Below, in pieces: positions 39,601 to 51,040 of a stretch of 64,000 nt of DNA. Origin of the DNA: Ruditapes philippinarum (taxonomy: Eukaryota); contig NW_026867059.1 of the NCBI RefSeq assembly GCF_026571515.1, positions 1 through 64,000 of the forward strand, given 5' to 3'. How positions within the stretch are numbered: position 1 is the first letter of the stretch; the number at the start of each line of letters is the position of its first letter. The notes below the pieces were generated by a model that worked only from the letters and a program-made list of their open reading frames with translations, was not told the origin of the DNA and made no database searches. Position numbers and translations under genes: made by a program.

Positions 39601-42600
39601 AACAAAAACAAGTGTTTGGGGCCTAAATAAGGCATTTTTTCATCATTTGAGACAACAAAAAGGGGGGGGGGGGTGAAAAAGGCGTTAAAAGGCGTGTATA
39701 TGAAGTAATGGGTTAAATATTCTGAAGTCCCTGGAAGGACTCAAATACATAGTGGTGACAGGCAATTCAGTGACCCTAGCCACTCAGCCATCAAATAGTT
39801 AAAATGTGGTGTTGTGAGTAGTGAGTGAGTAAGCAATATTTCTTTTATAGAACAGCATGAAGAAAGCATAATCAATATCTCTTGATGATGAATGTCCATA
39901 AACTTTTTTTATTCTACCTTTAAATGATAAAATCTCCAGGATGGAAGATTTAAGACCATTAATTGTCAGCAACTAAACTGAAATGAAAAAAACAAACCTA
40001 ATCTTATTGAAAGAAATTTTACAAATGATTTAGACTGACAATAATTTTTATACTATTAATTTATTTTCAAGCCTTACTGCTTTCCTTTTCCTCTTCTTTT
40101 TGAACTGGTTATCAATTTTCATGGCATTGAAGAAGTCCGGTCTTTCTCTGTTGATTCTCTCTGTCCTTCGTATCTCTGCATCATCATCTATTTCAGCATT
40201 TTAAAAAGATAGAAAATGTTAAGGTTCAGTTTTTATGCCATTTCATTTAATTTATACAGAATTTATTTTAGTTTAAACAATATTTATTTCTTCTTCCATA
40301 TTTTCAAACAAAATTTCAATACATAAATTGCATCCAGGATTGAGTAGAATGCTTTAAGCTTATATTAAACTCTCTTCTGAAGAAATTTATTTTAGTTTGA
40401 TTGTGTTGTTGTTTATTGGGTTTTACGTCACATCGACACAGTATAGGTCATATCGCAACGTTCCAGCTTTACTGGTGGAGGAAGACCTCAGGTGCCCTTC
40501 CGTGCATTATTTCAGGCACGAACGGGCACCTGAGTAGAACCACCGACTTTCCGTAAGCTAGCTGGATAGCTTCCTCACATGAAAGAATCCAAAGTCCCTG
40601 TCGAGATTCGAACCCACAGCGGTGAGGGGCAAATGGTAGTTTGATTGTGTAGGAAGCTATGAGCTTAAAAATACACTTTTTCGAATCTGTTCCTGGAATT
40701 AACCTGTTCAAAAACACCTTTTAATATTTAAATTAAAAAACATTAACATAATCAATCAATATAAATTATAAAAATTCTCATTCATGACTGTTTTTGAATG
40801 ATTTAGTTACATCATAAAAACAACAACAATAACAACAACCTAAAATTGATAATGAATCAAGATGGGGTGGTTAAAATGGCAACATGGTATCTTTCGACTT
40901 ACCTTTGACAGTTTTTGCTGGAGCAACTTGACATTTACACAGTGGACACAATTTGCAAGCGACTGGAATCTAAAATTAATGTATCATAATATAATATAAT
41001 CATTCTGTCACACTCTCTCAATACCAAATTTAAGCTGAAAATTGTCTTCTTTTTTATTATTATAAAACTCTCGTGTCAAGAAAACAAACAAAACCATTGT
41101 CTTTTCAAAACATTTTTCGTACATGTGAACTTTTTTGGATGATCAAGTGGGAGATTTTCTTCAAAAAGAGGGAGATTTTAGAATTTGTTTATTCAAAGTT
41201 TATTTAAAGTTCTGACATCAAAAATTGAGAGATTTCTTTGATTTGTGAAAATACCTCTTATTTTAAGAAAAATCTTTGAAAATATGGCTGCAGAAAGTGG
41301 GAGTCTTCCGCTAAAAGTGGGAGAGTTCACATTTATGATGTTTGTTTGGTTTCGATGCTAATTCTAACACACTTTAATGTCATACATCATTAGTCAGTCC
41401 ACCTTGCCAGCTTTCCTGGATAAATAACAATTGTCACGGAATAATTTAACCTCACTCGATGTACTACAATTTTCATACCATCATGATGCGCACAATCATG
41501 AAAATTTAAATGATATGTGAATGAATGCACAGGAAATCCTGGTCAGTAGAGAGTATTGAAACAACATGAAAACGCAAAATCAATGCGAGTGTTTAAGCAG
41601 CTTTTTATGGAAAAATAAGAACAAATATGTCATTAAAGTCTTAAATGGTCAGAATTGTCAACAATGAAAACAGTTTGAAAGTTTCTTAAGACTGTTCACA
41701 TCTGTGAATGCATTTCTTAGTTGGGGGTCAACTTGCTTCTTGTATTGTACACCAGGCCATATATTTTTATATATGTAGCATTTATTAAAATAAGTTATTT
41801 AAACAAGTTAATTTACCCAACTGATTATCATCTTAAAAGGGTTAATTTATGGTGAGCCATCATTAAAATGGGTCATTTTTTAAAGCTGATAAATCACAAG
41901 TGGGGGTAAATTGTGATAAATTTATTCATTAATTGCTAAGTCCCACGTCTACTAACTGACACATATCAAAATTTTCATCATGGAAAATCTCAGAGGAAAA
42001 GAAAAATTTGTTACCTCTTCTCCACATTCAGAGCATTTCTTCACCACTTTGATATCAGATGTACCTGTAAGGTATTTGTACTCGTAATACTATAAGCAGT
42101 CACCTTACATTAGGAAATCAATGCTAAAGGTAATCTCTAACACTTAAACAATTATACATATATTTCAATCATACAGAACAATATCTTAAAGAAGCATGCC
42201 TCCAGATTCATGTTTTCATGAAAATTTTAGAAATGTATTTGAAAGTAAAATATTGTGAGGTGATGAAAAATAGTAATTTAAATATTGCAATCAGCACTTA
42301 CAATCCTAGAAAATTACCAACAAATGGTCAACATATGCAAAAACAGCCCTTACTGTGTTTAGTTACGCAGTAGAAATATTGTGATAAAATACTGTAACCC
42401 AATGAATATTCGCGACCAATTAATATTCGCTTTATTCGCGGATGGCCACGAAGCGCGAATATTTGTTTGCGCGAATAAGTTTGCACGATTTCGCGAATAA
42501 ATTGGGAGAGAAATTTTTATTTTAGACGTTGTTCATGCAAAGCTACTTGACCGGATATATTCGAATTTTATGGGCACCTGTTAGGAAGTAATGAATTGTT

Positions 42601-45600
42601 ATGAATATTGCCATAAAGCAATAAAAACACAAACTAAGTAAACTACTACTATTTTATAAATATCAAAAGAACTCTATGTCAATATAGCAATCACTATTTC
42701 ATTTACATTTAAAGTCATAATTAATTGATACAGTGTTCGAATATTTATAAAGAACGTATAATTCACTCATTTTGGACATAAGTCAATCAACACCCTAAAT
42801 AGATTAACTTTATAAAAACAGCTAAACATGTTACAAACATAATCATCATTATGACACGTGCTTCTGAGCAATTATCGTCTAGTTTGTGTTTTTCACATGT
42901 CTGAAGGGAACAGACGAAAGAAAACTATTAGTCGAGAAAAACAAAGTATAATAGTGTGATACCCACCCTTTTAACGACATGTTTAGAAATGAAGACGAAC
43001 GATGCGTACATGTACACATATAAATAAAGAATATAGAGAAAATGTTTTGCTGAATTGTGATCACAATTCACTTACCAATACAATATATAAGGCTAGCGTA
43101 TTGTTAATCCCATTTTAGACACTAATAATGACCTCAATTATTGAAGATTAATAGTCGGCTAGTGGATTTTACGGTCCCATCGGACTTTCCAATCCGCGAA
43201 TTTTTTTTTTCGGAAATCAAGAAAACGCGGAAATTAATATTTGCGAATATGTCAGACCTCTGCAAAACGCGAACATTTGTATTCGCGAATATAAATTGGG
43301 TTACAGTACTTCAAAATCAGTCTTAAACCGCGCATAACATGTAAAATTTAACTTGAACCCTGAATGTTTTTACCTTTCTTAAAATTTTAGTAAATTTTTC
43401 TCAATATGGAATTTCTTGAAATATTTAAATTAGGCTCATCTGGAGGCATGCTGCTTTAATTTTGAAAGATGTAGTATTTTTATAAAAAGAGCACACCAGG
43501 TTCAAAATTATGTTTTCATTTAAAATACATCTACATGATCTTTAGATTATAAATTACAAAAGTTCTTAATTTTGGATTATCTTTTGAATGACTAAATTAC
43601 ATCAGAAAAAACTCAAAACTGAATATGCAAGATGCGGTGATTAAAATTGAAACATAATATCTTTTTGCTTACCTTTTGGAGTTTTGACAGATTTTGCTGG
43701 AGTTACATAACATTTACACAGTGGACATAATTTGCAAGCAACAGGAATCTAAAATTAAGAACCATAATATAATTATTTAGACCGTGTCTCTCATTCAATT
43801 ATAATAAGAAACTTTAACTTGTTTTTTAACTCCTTTTTTGTTGCATCTCAGAGGTCAGTCAACTCACCAGTCTTCCTGGATAACTATTAAACCAAACCTA
43901 AAACGAAACTTCTCTCAAAGTGACCAATAATTATCCAAAATGATTTCTGAGACAATGGAAAATAATCAATAATCATGCTTTTAAGATATAAATATTTTAT
44001 TAATTTTATGAATGATAAAAAATGTGATAAAGGAAATTATAAAGCCCTGTATTTTTTGTACCAACAAGTTGTACACTACTAAAACTTAAATGTAAGCAGA
44101 TGAATGCATAGATTGTTTGTTTGTTTGTTTCATTTTACGCCTTTTCCCAACAGTATTTCAGTCATAAAGGCGTAAGATGAATGCATAGAAATTGCTAGTC
44201 ATAAAAACACATTTAAATATAACAATATGCTGAAGCAACAACAAATTAAGTACTTTACTTTACATCAGACCATACAATTAATAAATTTACAAATGTATAT
44301 AAACAAATATCAAACTAGTCTAAATAATTAGACTTGTCAAAGAGACATGAAGATAATTATAGTCTTAGACAGGCGATCTTTTTCCAAGTCCAACCACAAA
44401 CTGCTTTTGTTGTACATGGACATTGCCCAATTACTGAATTAGAAGTTGTTAACTAAAAAAGAAACGACCCACTTTACCAGATACTGGCTGATAGATATCT
44501 GTTTTTTTAAACAAATTCCCAATATTTCATTTTTCAATAAAGACTTGAAGACACAATCCCAATTCATTAATCTCTCAATGGTAATAGGCTTTTCAATCTG
44601 CCATAGTTAATGATTTTATAGTAACTGTATAACATAACATAACATAACATAACTTTTATTCGACATTAATTTAAAATTGTAACAACAAAATTATACGCGG
44701 AAAGTCCGAGCGGGGCCGAAGGCCCCGCGAATGCTGTAGCGCTCTTAGATAACATGTATGACGCGTATCAATTGAAATGAAATCAAATTGAAAGTAAATA
44801 AAAATTTCAAAAAAAATATATATCCTATACCTAATGAGCTGTAAAAAAATCCTTAGTTATTGGGGCGCCGCCATTTTGAAATTCTTTTGAGCTTAATATA
44901 GATATCAGAGCGCTTTTAATGAGCGTCTACAAAATCCAGACCATTGCTAGCAGACGCATGCTAAATAACACTTCCGGTGAAAGAATGATGTGCAAGATCA
45001 GAAAAAAAAAACATTCATTTCATTGATAAGAACTATAGTAACGATTATAAATATAAAATGTTACTTTAACATATCCTTTTTGATAAATTAGGACATTGAA
45101 AATAACGTTAGAACAACTGGATTAGAGATTAACAAAAATGGCCGCCCAAAAATGGCGGACAGGATTTCTCCACACGCCGACGCATGCGCAGTGGTAGGTT
45201 GAACACCACCAATTTATTCGTTTTGTTTACGTTAGAAAATACCGTAGAAAATACTACTAATGAAGTGCAAAAAAAGATCTGGTTTACATGAACACTAAAC
45301 ATGTTATGCTAAAATCATAATTCATAAGAGCTTTCCGCGCAATAGGTAGCACCTAATTTCATATTAGTCGATTTACATCAAATAGTGCAAAAGTGAGACA
45401 CGTGAATTCCTAACCTAGAAATATATATATGTTTACAGAGAAGTTCATTACATGACGAATGTCAATCATATTAGAATAAAATATGTATTTGGTAATTATA
45501 TGTAAATAACATAATCATTGTAACGTATTGTCGGGGCGAGAACTCTGCAAGTGTGTATTAGGTTATTTTTGCGCAAGTTGTTTCCCTTTCATTGCAAAAG

Positions 45601-47064
45601 TGGTTATCCCGCTTATATGCAGTCAAAACATTACCCCTCTAATTTCCAGTGTCCTCCGGTCTCTGTTGGCCTGCAAATATTGGAGACCAGCAAACTACTG
45701 TACATGTTTTTATTAGTCTTTCTCTCTAGTATTTGCCGATCTAGAGAGACCAGAGAAGACTGAATTGGCCATTTTTATTTTATTTCAAGTTATCAAGGAG
45801 TTGATTTTTTTCACTATGTCATAACATGTCCGTGAATGATATAGCTGGCAGTACAAATTTAATATAAATCCCTTGCAATTGCATACATTAAAAAACTCAT
45901 TTTTTATAAATTACTGAGATATTAGTACACATGTAACAAAATATATTCGAATGATTTTTCGAAGAACTGAAATTCATATGTGTATAGGCTAGTTGTATCT
46001 AACTTAGCCTACATACGGCTAGAACTTTTACCTTGTGATACCTTGTGATGTTTGGGAAACTTTATTAGTCCCCTAACGGACCACTTACAAACTTGCTTGC
46101 ATGATTTCAGTCGGCCATATTCCCTAGCTATGAAAGATAACTCCCTGTTTCCCTGTCTAAAATCCAACCAAATTATTCCCCTTTCAAATGAACTTATAGA
46201 AGGGACCTTTTAAAAAGACTTTGTACTTATTTATTTGATTTTTTGTTCAGAAACGGACAATTTTTTCTTTACCTTTGTTTAATTTGCTTTCTATCTATAT
46301 ATGGTTTCTATGGTAAACATATGAGTTTTGATGGTAAACAAATGAATTTTCTGAACCGAAAGTAATCTAACACACAGCGTTGCTGTCATCACATGTAAAC
46401 AATACATTAAATCGGTAAGAATATTGAGATATTTGTTTGACTATCAGTTATTAATATAGAAAACAACTATGTGTAGTTTTTGTGTATTGTTTTAATGTGT
46501 TTGTCTGATATTTTAGTTGTAAAAGCCATGTACGCTTAGTGCCGCTTCATAGCAACCGAGTTTAAAACGTGAGCGGAAACTGAACGAGATATGGCAAAGT
46601 GCATGCTCGCGCACTGACTTCCGCTCTATCGAAATACTGCATATACGTATAGCGAAAGTTCGTAAGTGCGGACTATCATTCCCCTCGAGTTCCGTTTTCA
46701 GTGTCGTCCGCTCCGGTATTGGTCTATCTAATATATATTGTCCATTTTAAGTCTCTTCCATTGCCAGTGTTTATCTAACTTAGATTTGAACTTGGCTAGC
46801 AGTACGGGTTCTAGCCATATGTGAGTCAGGTCACTGCCTAGAAATAAGCTCTGTACAATGGGTCAAAATATTCATACAAATTAATCAGACTCAAGTGCTA
46901 GACTTACAATATTATAAATATGCTAATTTTGAATTTTCATGAATTTGCACAGTGCACAAACCTGCAAACATGCCAAAGAAACTTCGATAGAATACCTTTG
47001 GAAAAAAAGTCAACATTACCTGTTGTTCACACTTAGTGCATTTCTTTACTACTTCACGACTCAT
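33624..47064 (-). CDS. Derived C16orf87/UPF0547 paralog, about 202 aa, 7 coding exons: 47064-47020, 43748-43673, 42064-42015, 40969-40903, 40187-40078, 35195-35075, 33763-33624
   Basis: All introns GT-AG with compatible phases (0,1,0,1,0,1). Protein: MSREVVKKCTKCEQQ|IPVACKLCPLCKCYVTPAKSVKTPK|GTSDIKVVKKCSECGEE|IPVACKLCPLCKCQVAPAKTVK|DDDAEIRRTERINRERPDFFNAMKIDNQFKKKRKRKA|RSTSSSSDGSFSSDYAPKRRRGRPRKVTNTCAIYLNPSDD|EKTEMDVHQLVYEQTVVMKDCIKTLKALTQSVNDLKDSIDELNEKQ*. Confidence 0.8.
35761..36607 (+). mobile_element. HINE-type non-autonomous Helentron-like element (intronic)
   Basis: 5' aacaag...agtcccctaccgg; two internal repeats containing gttgccatagcaac; (GACA/GACG)n microsatellite; 3' agtcccctccggttaaaccggtaggggactaa hairpin. 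Confidence 0.8.
36917..38099. mobile_element. Non-autonomous hAT-like element
   Basis: TIRs TAGGGATGTCAT / ATGACATCCCTA; 8-bp flanking duplication ATATATAT; subterminal atccgg repeats. Confidence 0.8.
38332..38954. mobile_element. piggyBac-like MITE, tandem copy 1
   Basis: TTAA-CCCATTGCTTCAT ... ATGAAGTAATGGG-TTAA. Confidence 0.85.
39085..39712. mobile_element. piggyBac-like MITE, tandem copy 2
   Basis: Near-identical to 38332-38954, with the same TTAA/TIR structure. Confidence 0.85.
40410..40636 (-). mobile_element. tRNA-derived SINE (Meta-domain-like)
   Basis: Minus strand: gggttcgaatc B-box, then gaggaagctatccagctagcttacggaaagtcggtggttctac...gcacctgaggtcttcctccacca and tail atatgacctatactgtgtcgatgtgacgtaaaaccc. 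Degenerate relatives at about 38205-38290/39720-39790 and 56228-56425. Confidence 0.75.
42190..43455. mobile_element. TTAA-flanked Kolobok-like MITE hosting a nested TA-flanked MITE
   Basis: ttaa-agaagcatgcctccagat ... atctggaggcatgctgct-ttaa. Confidence 0.7.
42392..43306. mobile_element. TA-flanked MITE (nested)
   Basis: TA-CTGTAACCCAAT ... ATTGGGTTACAG-TA, with subterminal ttcgcg/cgcgaa repeats. Confidence 0.8.
44682..45357. mobile_element. Probable Helentron/HINE-like non-autonomous element
   Basis: Subterminal inverted repeats cgcggaaag / ctttccgcg; GC hairpin gcggggccgaaggccccgc; terminal taggtagcaccta palindrome. Confidence 0.45.
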
Positions 47065-48779
47065 TTTGATAAAGTGTGTTCAAATAATTAATGACAAAAA
47101 CATGCAATAAACAAAGAAAATAAAAAATTGTCTGCAAATTACAATTGCAAAGTATTAAAAACGCTTGGAGTACCAAGCTCTTTATTGAATGGAAGAAATA
47201 TACAATGAACCCAAAGATTTATTTTCGGCGGCATATTTTCGGCCCTTTCTGTCAACGCCTTCATATGTATACAAATTAACGAATTAAAAAAATATGTTCA
47301 TAAAGATATTTTGTATCTGAATTCTAATGGAGTTTAATAATGTAAAGACATTTCCCTTTAAATATAATACTAGGAAAGTCAATCTTATTATGTAATAAAA
47401 ATCTGGAAGAAAATTGATCCCTCGGTTCGAAGCATTAACCACAACAAAATTACATGAAAATTGAAGACCCGGTTTGATTGAGTCTGTACATGAGGGATAA
47501 TGAGTAAGTGCAACATCCCCCATGCCCCTTGCACCGGCATGAGCGGTACTCAATTTTCAACACTTCAACGTGCTGGAATCAATGATCCCGAAGACAGACT
47601 ATTCTTCCATTTTCTAGTTCTTACCGTGAGGTTCTGCCCCAAACTATTTACTCCCCAGACAGTTCTTTCTCAAATTTGAAACATGCAGTCAGTTCTCCAC
47701 CAAAAGTACTTTCTATCTTTTATCTTCTTTCATTCTTTTTCTTACAAAGGAACTTTATTGTTATTAATTTCTAACAAGAGAATTATAGCAAATAGTGTGG
47801 ACAACATTTTTATATATAATATTATATCAACAATATGACTATTAAGGAAACATTTTTAAAATGTATTAAAGTACAGTATGAAAGCAAGTCTTTGAAAATT
47901 AGTCAAGAACTAAACATCAACAATGTCTTAAAGGTCCCCTTTTCGCCCTTACAGCCCTTATCTCTTTAATTCCCACATCCGTTTTAGTTTATATTATTTC
48001 ACACATTACATGTCATTCTCCTTTCGCCGCCCTTATGTCCACTCCAGGTTTTTGTCGGTTTTTTCCTGGGTGCCCTACTTGGGGGTGTCGGGGGCTACGT
48101 CCTGTGAACGTTGCCTTTACCTTGTTGATCTTTATTCTTATTGTTTTTAAAGGTCAGTGGTCAACTATTTCATGAATGTGATTGGTATTACTTGCAATAA
48201 AAACATTCCTGGAGATCCTGTTTAAAAAATGTTTGAAATTGATGTTTTCTGCCAAGAAAGTATCTATACTTTTTAACACTTCATTTGTTTAAATAGTTAG
48301 TTAAGTGGTAAAATATATTTTCGGGTATGTCACCAAAAATTATCTTTTACTACAAATATATATATTAAAGATATACAATAAATAGTAAAATACAGTTTAT
48401 GGAATGAAAAATGAAACATAACATTAGTTACACATGTTCAGAAATAATAACTCATATTGTGTGGTAATATGCTATTAAGATTCTCAATTTCTTATTTATA
48501 TTGTAAATTGATGATTATATTAATCAATAAGTATTAAATAATACATAAGACTTAAAATGGGGAGAAATAGTCTGCACACATGCAAACAGGTTTACCATAA
48601 AATAGGAGGAGGATAGTGAGTGAGGATACTTCGGGGGAGGGGGACTGATAAGGGGTATTAACCGGATATTCTGACTCAAAGTATGTCCAATAACACGTTC
48701 AAACGTATGAGCAGTCATTTCAAAAAAGGAACCAAAGAGTTAATGTACAGTGTAGTGGATTATACCAGCCAGTGGAACA

Positions 48780-49360
48780 ATATAATTAAGGGCTTCCCCC
48801 AGGATCAATATTAGGTTCCCTGCTCTTCAACATATTTATTAATGATACTTCATAAATAAATTCACTTTTTATAATTATGCTGATAATAATACTCTGTCCA
48901 ACTGGCTTAAATGATGCAGAATTGTTTTTAATCTAATCAAATGCAGGCACACATAGAAATGTTTCAAACTATTTCAGTGTGATGACATACTGAAATTAAA
49001 GCATTCGATGTAAGTGAGAACACTGTCTCCTGTGATGAACAGGACACATTACGCAAAGTAGATATAAGCCATTTTCTAAAGGGCAGCAAAACTGTTAAAT
49101 GTTCTTCAAAGATTAAGTTGAAGCTGATCTATAAGCTACAAAGCCTAGGTGTTCGTCCCAAGGTATTGACCTGGTTCAAATTCTTTCTGTCAAATCTGTG
49201 ATGACGGGTAGGTGAAGTTTTTCGCTTGTCCATTGTACTCCGAGTCCATCCTGGAGTTCCAAAGAGGTCCTTAGACTTCCCCTATTCGTGGCTTAGATAA
49301 TAGCAGAGCAGACTCTTTCTAAATTGGACCAGATTGTCTGCTGATGACATTATTTGTTAC
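48780..49360 (+). pseudogene. Two degraded LINE (CR1/L2-like) reverse-transcriptase fragments
   Basis: Frameshifted KGxPQGSILGSLLFNIFIND...YNYADNNTL (48788-48897), and a second fragment YKLQSLGVRPKVLTWFKFFLS...GVP...RLSADD (49130-49352). Confidence 0.65.
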
Positions 49361-51040
49361 CGTCCGGGAAATGGGAAAAGTCTGGATTACCGATAAATGC
49401 TGTACAATACTGAATTGAAATTAACTATAGAAAAAAATACTAATGTATAACCATTTCTTCACCTTTTAAAGGTCAGCAGCCGGGTATGTCATGTAAGACT
49501 ATAACAAAACAATGGAATGGAATGTAAAATGTTACAAAGGCTAAACAATTCTGTCAAACAACCATACAAAATTATTTAAACAATTATTGCAATATACAAT
49601 TATAGCCGCCATAGTCTTGTCTAGCTACACGTTATTAGAGGCTGCTTCCCGTGAACGATACTCTCACTTGTTGATCTTGTCACAATTTCATCCCACGCTA
49701 CGACATTATACTTTAACCAGCATTACAATTTGTTTTCAGGAACATGTTTACTTCTTTAGATCATTCGTTAGAAAGAGAATCCCATTACCGTTTTGAAGGT
49801 GACTTTTGTGTTTCGTCAAATAAATATAATTATTATACATTTAACACATTTAAAACATTTTTTTTTATTTTCTGTATACCTAAGACATTTGTCAAACTAC
49901 AAGACTTAGTGTCGTATAACTTTAGAAGGAAGCTGGTAAAATAAGATTAAGCTACTTTTAATAAGATAACCGCCGTTGCTTTAGTGCTACATTCACGAAT
50001 TCCGCGTTACGTCGTAAAATTAGTCTCAATTAATTACGTTTTATCTGCTAAATTATGTGTAATATGACACAAGTAGATTGGAAAATGTCTCAGGTACACC
50101 ATATATAAAAATCATAAAGTAATATGTATGTTATTGCATTTAAAGACATCAGCGAGACTAAAAAATCGCCGTCAGGTCGTCATTTTCACAAATGATCTTG
50201 AAAAATAAACATTTTCATGGAATTTTTTTTATGAGGTTTAAAGTATTATGTCTCAGCAACTGTATGCGCTAACATTGATTTCTTCCATTGCCGTGTACAA
50301 TCAATAAAATATTATTAAGTTCTCGGAGAATTCAGGCATACTAGTTCAAGATATTCATAATGCACAATAATCTTCACACTTAACTTCGTAGGACCCCTAC
50401 ATATACCTGGTCAATTAACAATGTCCATTTGTTTCTTCGCGTCATGTTTGTATGTTCCCGCGTATTGCATAAGGGGCCAGTTAAGTGTCAAATTGCTAAT
50501 CAGCGATGCGTGTTTTTTTTTTTTTTTTTTTTTATTTTTGTTTACTCATTTTTACTCATTTTGGCCAAAATATTGGTCCGGCCAAGGCCGGACCGGCCGG
50601 ACCATCGACGACGGCCTTGATGGTGTGGAATAAATGTATGAAATATAAATACCCTCTTTCGAAACAACTATTACCCTAACTCCTTACCAAGAACTATAAG
50701 ATTCTGAAATTCCGATCCTAACCCATATTGGTCTAACCCCAGTCTCTGATTATTCTTTGTGAGGATGGTGGTGGTTTGCCTTTAAATCTATCTTTGCTTT
50801 TAAGTTTTAACTGTACATAGTGAACTTTTACTTCCTACCATATAAAATCATTCAAATTTTATACTCATAATGCCGCCGATTATAGATCTTTGGGTTCATT
50901 GTTGATGATAATTTTTCAAAAAGGCGCTTGGTTAAATATTTCAAGCGTTTCAATACTAGGAAGATTTTTTGTTTATTTTCTTTGTTTTATATTTGATTTT
51001 TGCGTCTATATATAAGTCTATTTGATCACAGTTGTTCAAA

